Below, in pieces: positions 1 through 8,891 of a DNA stretch of 25,123 nt (position 1 is the stretch's first letter; each line of letters begins with the position of its first letter). The stretch lies in the NCBI GenBank assembly GCA_964565205.1, contig CAZMEG010000001.1, positions 1 through 25,123 of the forward strand, written 5' to 3'. The position numbers and the translations under genes are program-made. This DNA is from an uncultured Cytophagia bacterium. Lineage in GTDB: Bacteria > Zhuqueibacterota > Zhuqueibacteria > Oceanimicrobiales > CAZMEG01. Under the pieces are notes generated by a model that had not been told where the DNA came from, made no database searches, and saw only the letters and a list, made by a program, of their open reading frames with translations.

Positions 1-22
1 CTCAAAATAATTTCCGGTCAAA

Positions 23-349
23 CTACTTTTTCGCCGAGGCCTGGGTTAGCTTCTCAATTTCGCGGGTTAATTTATCGATTTTTTGATTTAATTTTTTGAA
101 TTCATTCTCATACGATGGAATTACTTTAGATAACGCTTGATCCACCTGCTTATCCACAAGTTTTTTTAAGTAGTTAATTTCTTCATCGGCTTTTTCCATT
201 ACAGCCTTTACGAATTTGGGGCCTTCATCTTTAGACAATTCGCCACGTTTAATCAAGTCATCCACAATTTCCTGGGCTTTTTCTTTGGTTAAAGAATAAA
301 TTCCCAAACCAGCCAGGACTGTTTTTCTTAAAAGACTTGGGTTGTTCAT
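23..349 (-). CDS. Phasin-like / PHA-granule regulator family protein (COG3937-like)
   Basis: 108-aa helical protein with the family pattern 'LRKTVLAGLGIYSLTKEKAQEIVDDLIKRGELSKDEG' and a C-terminal coiled coil (LNQKIDKLTREIEKL). SD GGAGGT overlaps the upstream TAG stop. Confidence 0.75.
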   Translation of the reverse strand: MNNPSLLRKTVLAGLGIYSLTKEKAQEIVDDLIKRGELSKDEGPKFVKAVMEKADEEINYLKKLVDKQVDQALSKVIPSYENEFKKLNQKIDKLTREIEKLTQASAKK

Positions 350-360
350 AACAACACCTC

Positions 361-2196
361 CTATTCTTCCAGCTTTATAATTCTATCGTTGATAAATTGT
401 AAAAAATTTACTTCTCGATTTACTCGATTGGAGCCTTTCAAAGTAATCTTACCTTTCAAACCATGAAAATTTTCCAGAGAATTTAATTTTTTAGCAATTT
501 CTTCTGGCGTGGTGGCGCCTTCAGAGATTACCTTATGAAGCACCTGGAAGGCATCATAACCAAAAACTTCCCAGCGTTCCGGAGTTTTGCCCATTTTAAT
601 ACGAAATTCTGTACGGAAATTTCGAAAAGTACGATTATTTTCATCTGGAAAATAGTCGCTCACAAAAATCACCCCGTTGACATATCGAGCGATTTGTGGT
701 CGCTTCAAGACCTCCAGATTATCCCAGTATTCACCGCCCAGAATTTGTGCCCGGATATTATAGAGCGCCAATTGCGGAGCCACATACTTAATGTCCTCCG
801 TATAAATGGGTAAAAAGATAGCATCGATGGATTCCACCGGTATGTCCAGTTCATCCATATCTTTGCCCTGTTCTTCGGCTATTTTTAATATGTGTTCTAC
901 ATCTGTGGAATCATAGTGAAAGGCGGCTTCGCGTATAGCTTTAAATTGTGCAGCAAAATCCTGTGTTTCTCCATAGTACCAGCTCTGGGCAATAATTCGA
1001 CCGCCAAGTTCATCGATTTTACTGGTGAAACTGGCAGTGATCTCCAGTCCGTAATCATCGGCCGGGGCAAGAGTAGCAAAGGTACGCAGACCAAGTTGAT
1101 TAATGGCGTATTCCGCAATGGCAGCTCCCTTTCGTTCAAGATCGCTGTTCAATTGAAACACCAGATCGCCCACGGAGGTGAGTTCATTCTCAGTAGCGGC
1201 AGGAGCTAATAACGGAATATTAAATATCGAAGCCAGGGCACCCACGCCGGCGGTTATTTGACTTTCCAGTTCTCCAATGATGGCACTCACGCCCCCCTCG
1301 GAAGCAAAATATTTAACGGCTTTTACCGCCTTGATCATATTACTCTGTGAATCCTGAAATTTTAGTAAAATGGGGGCGCTTGAATTATTTTTACTGGCCA
1401 TTTGTGCGAATTTTATGCCCCGTAAAATACCTTTACCTTCCTCTGCGTAAAGTCCTGTCACCGGTAATAAAACGCCGATACGTACCGGCCGTTTTTTATA
1501 TTTTTTTAAATCATTTTCCAGTTGATCTATTTGGGATATCCAGGAGCTGTTTGGGTATTTATTTTTAAACTCGTTTAAAAGCGAAACTGCCCTTGACGGT
1601 GATCCCTGCAGATATTCTTTTCTCACCAATTCTATGGTAATTAAAGCCAGAGAGTTTTCACCTTTAGCCAGTGAGGGTATTTTGCGTAATTGAGAAAGGG
1701 AAAATTCTTTGCGCATTAAAAATCTGGCAAAATGTATGCTTTTATCCACAAGAGGCTTATTTGGACTATTTTCCAGAATCCAGAGGAGATTTTTTAATGC
1801 CTGCAAATTTTGCTTGAGTCGATACTCGCACTGAGCCCGGGCATAATAGGCATCATCTACATACTGACTCATGGGAAAAGTTTGAATCAAGCGATCCAGA
1901 AAACTTAAGGCTTCGGAGTATTGACCCAGGTGATATAAAGACTTTCCAGCCATCAAAAGTGAAGCTGTCATTCTCTGATGGATCAGATTGGCTTGGCTTA
2001 ATTCTCTGAAGCGCGTAAAAGCCTGTTGATAATCCCCGGCGCGATAGCTCTGTAAAGCCTGCCGAAACTTTGGTTCGATCTCTTTCACAACATGAACCTT
2101 TCCCCCCGGGTACAATTGGGCTGAATCACTCAAAGTTGCCAGTGCCAGAAGTAATACGACCGATAAGAATTGCAGAAGGAGTTTATTTCTGTACAT
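361..2196 (-). CDS. Secreted TPR-repeat + type-I periplasmic-binding-fold protein (LpoA/LppC-like PBP activator or ABC substrate-binding-like)
   Basis: Signal peptide with no lipobox Cys. BamD-like TPR segments (FQQAFTRF..., YPMSQYVDDAYY, YPNSSW), then 'RIGVLLPVTG...EGKGILRGIKFA', 'AIIGELES', 'VFGYDA' typical of PBP1-fold LppC domains. Confidence 0.7.
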   Translation of the reverse strand: MYRNKLLLQFLSVVLLLALATLSDSAQLYPGGKVHVVKEIEPKFRQALQSYRAGDYQQAFTRFRELSQANLIHQRMTASLLMAGKSLYHLGQYSEALSFLDRLIQTFPMSQYVDDAYYARAQCEYRLKQNLQALKNLLWILENSPNKPLVDKSIHFARFLMRKEFSLSQLRKIPSLAKGENSLALITIELVRKEYLQGSPSRAVSLLNEFKNKYPNSSWISQIDQLENDLKKYKKRPVRIGVLLPVTGLYAEEGKGILRGIKFAQMASKNNSSAPILLKFQDSQSNMIKAVKAVKYFASEGGVSAIIGELESQITAGVGALASIFNIPLLAPAATENELTSVGDLVFQLNSDLERKGAAIAEYAINQLGLRTFATLAPADDYGLEITASFTSKIDELGGRIIAQSWYYGETQDFAAQFKAIREAAFHYDSTDVEHILKIAEEQGKDMDELDIPVESIDAIFLPIYTEDIKYVAPQLALYNIRAQILGGEYWDNLEVLKRPQIARYVNGVIFVSDYFPDENNRTFRNFRTEFRIKMGKTPERWEVFGYDAFQVLHKVISEGATTPEEIAKKLNSLENFHGLKGKITLKGSNRVNREVNFLQFINDRIIKLEE

Positions 2197-2210
2197 GGCG
2201 ACAACCTTAG

Positions 2211-4043
2211 TTATTCTACTGTGACACTTTTTGCCAGATTTCTGGGTTGATCTACATCACAACCTCTCAAAATAGCGATGTAATAAGCCAGCAACTGCAG
2301 GGGTATGATGGTCAGGATCGGGGTCAAAAATTCCAGAGTAGGAGGTACATAGATGACATGGTCAGCGCGCTTTTTAATATCTTCATCGCCTTCTGTGGCA
2401 ATAACAATGATACGACCCTTGCGTGCACGTACTTCTTCAATGTTGCTAATGATTTTTTCATAGGTGGAATCGCGGGTAGCAATAAAAACCACCGGCATAT
2501 TTTCATCAATCAGGGCGATGGGACCGTGCTTCATTTCTGCTGCCGGGTAACCTTCCGCATGAATGTAGGAAATTTCTTTCAATTTAAGGGCGCCTTCCAG
2601 TGCCACCGGGAAATTATACCCACGCCCCAGATAGAGGAAATTCTGGCTTTTATGATATTCTTCGGCAATTTCTTTTATGATTTGGTGGTTTTCGAGAATT
2701 TTGGCCACCTTGTCAGGCAAAGCCTGCATTTCACGAACTATTTCGGCACCTTTGGAAGCTCCCATGCTGCGCATACGGGCAAGCAGCAAGGTTAACAGTG
2801 AGAGAACGGTGATCTGTGAGGTAAAGGCTTTGGTGGAAGCTACTCCGATTTCCGGTCCAGCATGAAGGTAAATTCCGGCATCACTTTCTCTGGCAATGGT
2901 CGAACCTACCACATTGACAATGCCCAGCACTTTGGCGCCCTTGCGTTTGGCTTCTCGTAAAGCAGCCAGGGTATCCGCCGTCTCCCCGGATTGACTGATC
3001 ACAAACATCACATAGCCCCGCTCAATGACCGGGTCCCGGTAACGAAATTCTGAGGCATATTCCACTTCCACCGGTGTGCGTACAAATTCTTCGATCATGT
3101 ATTCACCAATCAGAGCCGCGTGCCAACTGGTTCCACAGGCGGTGAATAAAATCTGGGGGGCATAAAGCAGCGACTCCAATTCGTGGCGAATTCCACCCAG
3201 ACGTGCCGTACCTTCCTCCGACAGGAGTCGACCACGCATGGCATCTTCAATGGTCTGGGGTTGTTCCATGATTTCTTTGAGCATGAAATGATCGTAGCCA
3301 CCCTTCTCAATCTTATCCGGATCAAAAGAAATTTTTTCGATCTTTTTATTAACTTCCAGATTATCCACCGTTTTGATAAGATATTTGTTGCGGTTAACTA
3401 CAACAATCTCGTTGTCATCCAGGTAGGTGACTTTTTTGGTATGACGAATGATGGCCGCCACATCTGAGGCCACTACAAATTCCCCATCACCGACACCCAG
3501 TACAAGCGGACTGCCTTTACGAGCCGCAATGATTATATCCGGTTCATCCAGACAGATTACTGCAATGCCATAGGTGCCTTCCACCTTGGATAAGGCTATA
3601 CGAACGGCCTCCTCCAGGTTCTGGTGTGTTTTGTAATATTCTTCAATCAGGTGCACCAGGGCTTCCGTATCGGTTTCAGTTTTGAAATGATGACCATTGG
3701 CTTCCAGTTCTTTTTTGAGAGCCGAGTAATTTTCAATGATTCCATTATGAATCATGGCAATACGTCCGGTGCAATCCGTATGGGGATGGGCGTTCTCTCG
3801 GCTCGGGTGACCATGAGTCGCCCAGCGGGTATGGGCTATTCCGATGTTCCCATGAATGGTTTTATTGGTAAGCGACTGTTCCAGACCCAGAATTTTCCCG
3901 GGTTGTTTTTCAACCACCAGAGAACCATTGGAAATCACAGCGATCCCGGCTGAATCGTAGCCACGATATTCCAGACGCTTCAACCCCTCAAGTAAAATAG
4001 GGACCGCTTCCTTGCTACCAATATAACCAACAATCCCACACAT
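2211..4043 (-). CDS. glmS: Glutamine--fructose-6-phosphate aminotransferase (isomerizing)
   Basis: N-terminal MCGIVGYIG (catalytic Cys), LEYRGYDSAG, HTRWATHG, SQSGETADT, GPEIGVASTK, C-terminal PRNLAKSVTVE. Start corrected to ATG 4043 (the ORF track uses GTG 4049) because SD AAGGAGG lies at 4049-4055 and Cys must be residue 2. Confidence 0.98.
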   Translation of the reverse strand: MCGIVGYIGSKEAVPILLEGLKRLEYRGYDSAGIAVISNGSLVVEKQPGKILGLEQSLTNKTIHGNIGIAHTRWATHGHPSRENAHPHTDCTGRIAMIHNGIIENYSALKKELEANGHHFKTETDTEALVHLIEEYYKTHQNLEEAVRIALSKVEGTYGIAVICLDEPDIIIAARKGSPLVLGVGDGEFVVASDVAAIIRHTKKVTYLDDNEIVVVNRNKYLIKTVDNLEVNKKIEKISFDPDKIEKGGYDHFMLKEIMEQPQTIEDAMRGRLLSEEGTARLGGIRHELESLLYAPQILFTACGTSWHAALIGEYMIEEFVRTPVEVEYASEFRYRDPVIERGYVMFVISQSGETADTLAALREAKRKGAKVLGIVNVVGSTIARESDAGIYLHAGPEIGVASTKAFTSQITVLSLLTLLLARMRSMGASKGAEIVREMQALPDKVAKILENHQIIKEIAEEYHKSQNFLYLGRGYNFPVALEGALKLKEISYIHAEGYPAAEMKHGPIALIDENMPVVFIATRDSTYEKIISNIEEVRARKGRIIVIATEGDEDIKKRADHVIYVPPTLEFLTPILTIIPLQLLAYYIAILRGCDVDQPRNLAKSVTVE

Positions 4044-4061
4044 AGACACCTCCTTATGTTA

Positions 4062-4085
4062 TTCAAAGTTGCCTTTCAAAGTTGC
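4062..4085. repeat. Perfect 11-bp direct repeat in the glmS leader
   Basis: TTCAAAGTTGC at 4062-4072 and 4075-4085 (13-bp period), just upstream of the SD. Confidence 0.85.
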
Positions 4086-4159
4086 TTTGCCTGACCTGAG
4101 CTCCATGAAGATGGGGCGTTTTTATTTCTAACCGGGAAGACACCATAAAAATCGGCTAC

Positions 4160-4188
4160 ATAATATGAATAAAGAGAATAAAAATCAA
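4160..4188 (-). promoter_or_regulatory. Putative sigma70 promoter of the glmS operon
   Basis: Minus strand: TTGATT (4188-4183), 17-nt spacer, TATTAT (4165-4160). Implies a leader of about 110 nt. Confidence 0.6.
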
Positions 4189-4224
4189 GCAAATTCCCTG
4201 TAACATCACGTGCACCCGTTCTGT

Positions 4225-4337
4225 GGCTGTCCAAAAAGAGATTCGGTTTTATTTAAAGCTACAATATTCAGCGGTCACGGATCGTTTCTATCCTACATGG
4301 CTAAACGCTGTTTCTGACAATGTGTTTTTGAACAGCC
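4225..4337. mobile_element. Palindromic MITE/REP-like element, copy 1
   Basis: Terminal inverted repeats GGCTGTCCAAAAA (4225-4237) / TTTTTGAACAGCC (4325-4337), 12/13 match. Interior is clearly homologous to 17163-17255. No coding capacity. Confidence 0.7.
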
Positions 4338-4381
4338 TGTTTATTTCCCATGCTGATCTATTGGGCGACCCTCAAGTCTGA

Positions 4382-5938
4382 TTACTCCCATTCTATAGTG
4401 CTGGGTGGTTTGGAGCTCACATCATAAACGACCCGGTTCACCCCGGTCACCTCGTTGATGATGCGATTGGAAATCCGTGCCAGCAGATCATAAGGAATTC
4501 GTGCCCAGTCGGCCGTCATGCCATCTTTGCTGGTCACCGCTCTTAATGCCACCACATTTTCATAGGTGCGCTGATCTCCCATGACTCCGACAGTTTTAAT
4601 TGGTAAAAGCACCGCAAAGGCCTGCCAGATTTTATCATACCATCCAGATTGTTTTAATTCTTCCATGAAAATAGCGTCAACTTCCTGCAAAATCTTAACT
4701 CGCTGGCGGGTGACTTCACCGATGATACGCACTGCTAAGCCAGGACCCGGAAAAGGATGGCGGTTTAAAATCTCTTCGGATAACCCCAGTTGCTTACCCA
4801 CCAACCGTACTTCATCTTTAAAAAGCTCTCGAAGAGGTTCAACTAATTTGAGATTCATCACCTCTGGCAGTCCACCTACATTATGATGGGTTTTTATGGT
4901 GTCCGACGGGCCTCGTACGGAAGTACTTTCGATTACATCGGGATAAAGGGTTCCCTGAACAAGGTATTCCACACCGGCAAGTTTTTTGGCTTCTGCTTCA
5001 AAGACTTCGATAAATGTGTTGCCGATGATTCTCCGCTTTTCTTCTGGATGTATCACACCTTTTAACCTTTGCAGAAATAAATCCGAAGCCTCTACGAAAA
5101 TAAGGTTCGATTTAAAAATGGGGCGAAAATTTTTTTCTACCTCCTGAGCTTCGTTTTTACGCATGAGCCCTGTATCCACAAAGATACAGGTCAGGTTTCC
5201 ATTAATTGCTTTATACACCAAAGTAGCGGCAACTGCGGAATCCACCCCTCCGCTTAAAGCACAGAGAGCACGCCCCTTACCAACCTGTTGGCGAATGCTG
5301 GCAATACTGCTTTTTACAAACGAGGCCGGAGTCCATCGACCTTCGCAATGGCAGATTTCAAACAAGAAGTTTCTTAAAATGGCGGTACCTTCAACCGTGT
5401 GAGCCACTTCAGGATGAAATTGCAACCCGTATATTTTTCGCGCTTGATCCCCTATGGCTGCATAAGGTGAATTATCGGTATGGGCCAAACTTTTAAAACC
5501 AGGTGGTAAAGTTTTCACCATATCGGCATGACTCATCCAAACCTGGGTTTTAGCCGGTAATCCTTTAAAAAGATCGCTAAAATCATCGATAATTAGCCGG
5601 GCGTAACCATATTCACGTTTTTGCGTTGGTACCACTTTTCCACCCAGTAAATGAACAATAGCCTGCAAACCATAACAGATACCCAGTACAGGTACATGCA
5701 ACTCAAAAATTCTCCTATCAGGCAAAGGGGCCGAGGCATCGTAAACGGAAGAGGGACCCCCGGAAAGAATGATTCCCCGGGGTTTTAAAGATTTCATTTC
5801 TTCCACAGGCAGGTCAAATGGCCTGATTTCGGAATATACACCCAGTTCACGAATTCGACGGGTTATGAGTTGAGTATACTGAGAGCCGAAATCTAAAATA
5901 AGAACCAGTTCTTCTTGCTTCATTTGCATTTGATTCAT
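4382..5938 (-). CDS. guaA: GMP synthase (glutamine-hydrolyzing)
   Basis: [56 protein letters not shown]. The exact start among three nearby ATGs is uncertain. Confidence 0.98.
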   Translation of the reverse strand: MNQMQMKQEELVLILDFGSQYTQLITRRIRELGVYSEIRPFDLPVEEMKSLKPRGIILSGGPSSVYDASAPLPDRRIFELHVPVLGICYGLQAIVHLLGGKVVPTQKREYGYARLIIDDFSDLFKGLPAKTQVWMSHADMVKTLPPGFKSLAHTDNSPYAAIGDQARKIYGLQFHPEVAHTVEGTAILRNFLFEICHCEGRWTPASFVKSSIASIRQQVGKGRALCALSGGVDSAVAATLVYKAINGNLTCIFVDTGLMRKNEAQEVEKNFRPIFKSNLIFVEASDLFLQRLKGVIHPEEKRRIIGNTFIEVFEAEAKKLAGVEYLVQGTLYPDVIESTSVRGPSDTIKTHHNVGGLPEVMNLKLVEPLRELFKDEVRLVGKQLGLSEEILNRHPFPGPGLAVRIIGEVTRQRVKILQEVDAIFMEELKQSGWYDKIWQAFAVLLPIKTVGVMGDQRTYENVVALRAVTSKDGMTADWARIPYDLLARISNRIINEVTGVNRVVYDVSSKPPSTIEWE

Positions 5939-5994
5939 TGTTGGATGAATGGAAAAATATTTTCAAGCCTCCATCACTCCAATACCCATAAAAT

Positions 5995-6768
5995 TTAAGG
6001 AGTTATTTCCCAGGTTTTAAGTTCGTCTAAAAAGGCATAATTGGTTAAATCGTAGTGAATCGGAGTAATGGAAACTTTATTTTGCAGGATTGCTCGATCA
6101 TCCACATCACTGTCTTCTTCGATTTCCACTTTCGTTCCAGTAAGCCAGTAATAAACTCTATTCTGGGGGTCAACTCTTCGATCAAATTTTTCTTTATAGA
6201 CAGCTTTGCCCTGTCGGGTGATAGCCACGCCACGAATTTCACTTTCTTTCACAGGAGGTACATTGACATTTAAAAATGTACCTTTGGGTAAATCATTTTT
6301 TAGAATAATCCTTGCCAGCTTTCTGGCAAATTTAGCAGCATAAGAAAAATCGGGATTCTGGAAAGTGGTTAGTGAAATGGCAAAAGAGGGAATTCCCAGA
6401 ATGGTTCCCTCGGTTGCGGCTGAGACGGTTCCTGAATAAATGACATTAATTCCGGTGTTGGACCCCAGATTGATTCCTGAAACGATCAGATCAGGTTTTT
6501 CTTTCAGTAGCGCCCAGTAGGCAATTTTTACACAATCCGCCGGAGTACCATTTACAGCGTAGCCAAAAAACTCGCCATTTTTTTCAAATTCCCACACGCG
6601 AAGTGGATCAGCCAGGGTAATAGCATGTCCCACGGCGCTTCTTTCACTATCGGGGGCTACTACAATGACTTCGCCAAGTTCTTTTAAACTGTGTCTTAAG
6701 GCGGCTAAACCGGGAGCGTTGATTCCGTCATCATTGGTTATGAGGATGCGAATCTGTTCTTTTCCCAT
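5995..6768 (-). CDS. surE: 5'/3'-nucleotidase SurE
   Basis: ILITNDDGINAPGL, GTPADCV, SGINLGSNTG, YSGTVSAA. Confidence 0.97.
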   Translation of the reverse strand: MGKEQIRILITNDDGINAPGLAALRHSLKELGEVIVVAPDSERSAVGHAITLADPLRVWEFEKNGEFFGYAVNGTPADCVKIAYWALLKEKPDLIVSGINLGSNTGINVIYSGTVSAATEGTILGIPSFAISLTTFQNPDFSYAAKFARKLARIILKNDLPKGTFLNVNVPPVKESEIRGVAITRQGKAVYKEKFDRRVDPQNRVYYWLTGTKVEIEEDSDVDDRAILQNKVSITPIHYDLTNYAFLDELKTWEITP

Positions 6769-6786
6769 TGATACTATATGATTCCC

Positions 6787-7722
6787 TCAATTTTGTGGAT
6801 TTTCGGGTTGCAAATTATCTATCACGTTAATGGGCTGTTCAACGATTTTGTCTTTATCGATGGCGCCATTGGAGCTTATCTCGCTCATATCGGTCGCAAA
6901 TTCGATGATTTCTTTGATTTTTTCTTTTAACTTATGCCGCGGTACCACCACATCCACAAAGCCATGTTTTAGCAAAAACTCTGCACGCTGGAAACCATCG
7001 GGCAGGTCCTGACCGATGGTTTGTTTGATTACCCGGGGACCGGCAAAACCTATGAGAGCACCGGGTTCTGCCAGGATAACATCGCCAAGCATGGCATAGC
7101 TTGCCGTGACTCCCCCGGTCGTGGGGTCGGTTAGAACCGAGATGTACAGAATGCCAGCATCCGATAGTTGGGCTAAACGAGATGAAGTTTTTGCCATTTG
7201 CATCAATGACATGGCGCCCTCCATCATGCGAGCCCCACCCGAGGAGGAGACAATTATTAATGGATTATGCAATTCAAGGGATTTATCGATGGCCCGGGCG
7301 ATTTTTTCGCCCACCACAGATCCCATGCTTCCTCCAATAAAACTAAAATCCATAATACACATAACCACCGGATATCCAAAAATTTTCCCCAGCCCGGTGC
7401 GGACTGCTTCGTTCATTCCTGTTTTTTTCATAGCGTCTTTGATTTGATCGCTATATTTTTTATGGGCTTTAAATTTAAGAAAATCTACTGATTTCAAGTT
7501 CGCATTGAATTCATCAAATTTACCCTCGTCGAGCAGAATTTTTATGTATTCTTGACTGTTGATACGAAAATGATATTGACATTTCGTGCAAACATGAAAG
7601 TTGCGTTCCAGTTCTCTTTTGTAAATTATTTCACCACAATTATCACATTTTACCCATAAGTTGGGCATTTCTTTACGCTTTTGTGGTTTTAGACCCTCTT
7701 TAGCACGTTTAAACCAGTCCAT
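6787..7722 (-). CDS. accD: Acetyl-CoA carboxylase carboxyltransferase beta subunit
   Basis: Zn ribbon CDNC-x15-CTKC, GGSMGSVVGEK, SGGARMMEG, PTTGGVTASYA, GFAGPRVI. SD AAGGAGG lies in the rimI 3' end. Confidence 0.97.
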   Translation of the reverse strand: MDWFKRAKEGLKPQKRKEMPNLWVKCDNCGEIIYKRELERNFHVCTKCQYHFRINSQEYIKILLDEGKFDEFNANLKSVDFLKFKAHKKYSDQIKDAMKKTGMNEAVRTGLGKIFGYPVVMCIMDFSFIGGSMGSVVGEKIARAIDKSLELHNPLIIVSSSGGARMMEGAMSLMQMAKTSSRLAQLSDAGILYISVLTDPTTGGVTASYAMLGDVILAEPGALIGFAGPRVIKQTIGQDLPDGFQRAEFLLKHGFVDVVVPRHKLKEKIKEIIEFATDMSEISSNGAIDKDKIVEQPINVIDNLQPENPQN

Positions 7723-7723
7723 C

Positions 7724-8227
7724 TTAACCCTCCTTCAAGGACAAACTCATGAGTAAAGCATCTTCTCGGTCCTTGGTGTAATAATTTTTTCTGATTCCGG
7801 TGATTTTAAAACCAAATTTAAAATATAAATTTTGCGCTACAACATTTGATTTGCGCACCTCCAGATGAATATTTTTGACTTTACGCAATTTTAATTCTTG
7901 CAGAATAAATCGTAAAAGCGTCTCTCCCAACCCCATTCCGCGGTAATCAGCGTCAATGGCAATATTGGCCAGATGGGCTTCGCCATCAATTAACCAGTAT
8001 ACAGCATAGCCAACCACTCTTCCTTGAAATTCCAGAACCAGCGATCTTGAATACGAATTCTCCAGCTCCAGAGCAAAACTACGGCGGGGCCAGGGCGCGC
8101 GAAAAATCCGCTTCTCCAGCTCGCTCACCCTATCCAGATCCCTAAATTCCATGGGTCTTATCTTAACTTTTTCTGACCTGGCCGAATCAGAAGCCGGTTT
8201 TATCTGAGAAACCTCATTCAATCCCAT
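7724..8227 (-). CDS. rimI: Ribosomal-protein-alanine N-acetyltransferase (GNAT)
   Basis: EAHLANIAIDADYRGMGLG, HLEVRKSNVVAQNLY, GIRKNYY...EDALLM. The ORF-track start (8422) overlaps tsaB by about 200 nt; the real start is probably ATG 8227 (14-nt overlap with tsaB) or 8152. Confidence 0.9.
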   Translation of the reverse strand: MGLNEVSQIKPASDSARSEKVKIRPMEFRDLDRVSELEKRIFRAPWPRRSFALELENSYSRSLVLEFQGRVVGYAVYWLIDGEAHLANIAIDADYRGMGLGETLLRFILQELKLRKVKNIHLEVRKSNVVAQNLYFKFGFKITGIRKNYYTKDREDALLMSLSLKEG

Positions 8228-8891
8228 AATAAGCTTTTTTCTTTGGTTGAAATTCAAGTAAATAAAATGGTTCAAAAGAATCCAGATTTTCAAATTCCTC
8301 TTTTTGATATTTATCGTAAACCAATTTTGCCAGAACCAGAGGTTGTGGAAGACTGTACTCATGGGAAGCCGGCACCATCTTTTCCACATCCACTGGAAAC
8401 CAGTTAGCGGGATTACCCACAACCAGGGTTTTTTCTTTTAATAAATCGGGCAATTCTGTTACATCCAGCAATTGAAAGTCCGAATTTCGCCTAACCCGTC
8501 CTGATTCACAATGGTAAAAACCTGCGTAAGCCTTATGTTCACGCGCTTTGATAAGTACACATACGGGACCACTCCACAGGCTTACCTGTTGTGCCAGCAC
8601 ATCCAGAGTATAGACGCTCAATAATGGGATATTCAGGGAGAAGGCAAGCCCCTTTGCTGCAGACACGCCAATGCGTAATCCGGTAAATGAACCGGGACCT
8701 CGTGTAATTCCAATGGCCGAAATTTCCTGGATCGGCCAGTGCACCTCACGCGTAAGCTGTTCAATTAAGCCAACCAGCTTTTCATTGTGGACATTTTTCA
8801 GGTTCAGCCGACAATCTGCTACCAGTTGATCGTCCTCACTCAAGGCAATTGCACAAATCTGTGTGGAAGTATCTAAAACCAGCAGTTTCAT
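8214..8891 (-). CDS. tsaB: tRNA threonylcarbamoyladenosine biosynthesis protein TsaB
   Basis: LLVLDTST, GPGSFTGLRIGVSAAKGLA, PFYL near the C-terminus. TAATG coupling with tsaE at 8891. Confidence 0.95.
   Translation of the reverse strand: MKLLVLDTSTQICAIALSEDDQLVADCRLNLKNVHNEKLVGLIEQLTREVHWPIQEISAIGITRGPGSFTGLRIGVSAAKGLAFSLNIPLLSVYTLDVLAQQVSLWSGPVCVLIKAREHKAYAGFYHCESGRVRRNSDFQLLDVTELPDLLKEKTLVVGNPANWFPVDVEKMVPASHEYSLPQPLVLAKLVYDKYQKEEFENLDSFEPFYLLEFQPKKKAYYGIE

Noticed and set aside
2247-2795. 182-aa plus-strand ORF and the other short opposite-strand or alternate-frame ORFs inside glmS, guaA, accD, porX, TBDT, GH38, murA and murB
   Set aside because: Shadow ORFs fully overlapping well-supported genes, with no recognisable motifs or SD sites.
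4063-4146. 27-aa minus-strand uORF (MVSSRLEIKTPHLHGAQVRQSNFERQL) in the glmS leader
   Set aside because: No SD and no informative residue runs; an open frame of this length is expected by chance. It would need ribosome profiling or conservation evidence.
4044-4155. glmS ribozyme
   Set aside because: The leader lacks the conserved AGCGCC cleavage site and the GACGAGG/UCGGCGG core. The nearest match, AACGCCCCAUC, is insufficient.
5939-5994. Purine riboswitch upstream of guaA
   Set aside because: Only 56 nt between the surE stop and the guaA start, with no aptamer consensus.
6787-6890. Acidic, probably disordered C-terminal tail of AccD
   Set aside because: Variable AccD tails are common, and there is no motif to support a function.
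8228-8422. N-terminal extension of rimI in the ORF track
   Set aside because: It overlaps the tsaB coding region in another frame and has no GNAT similarity, so it is a longest-ORF artefact.
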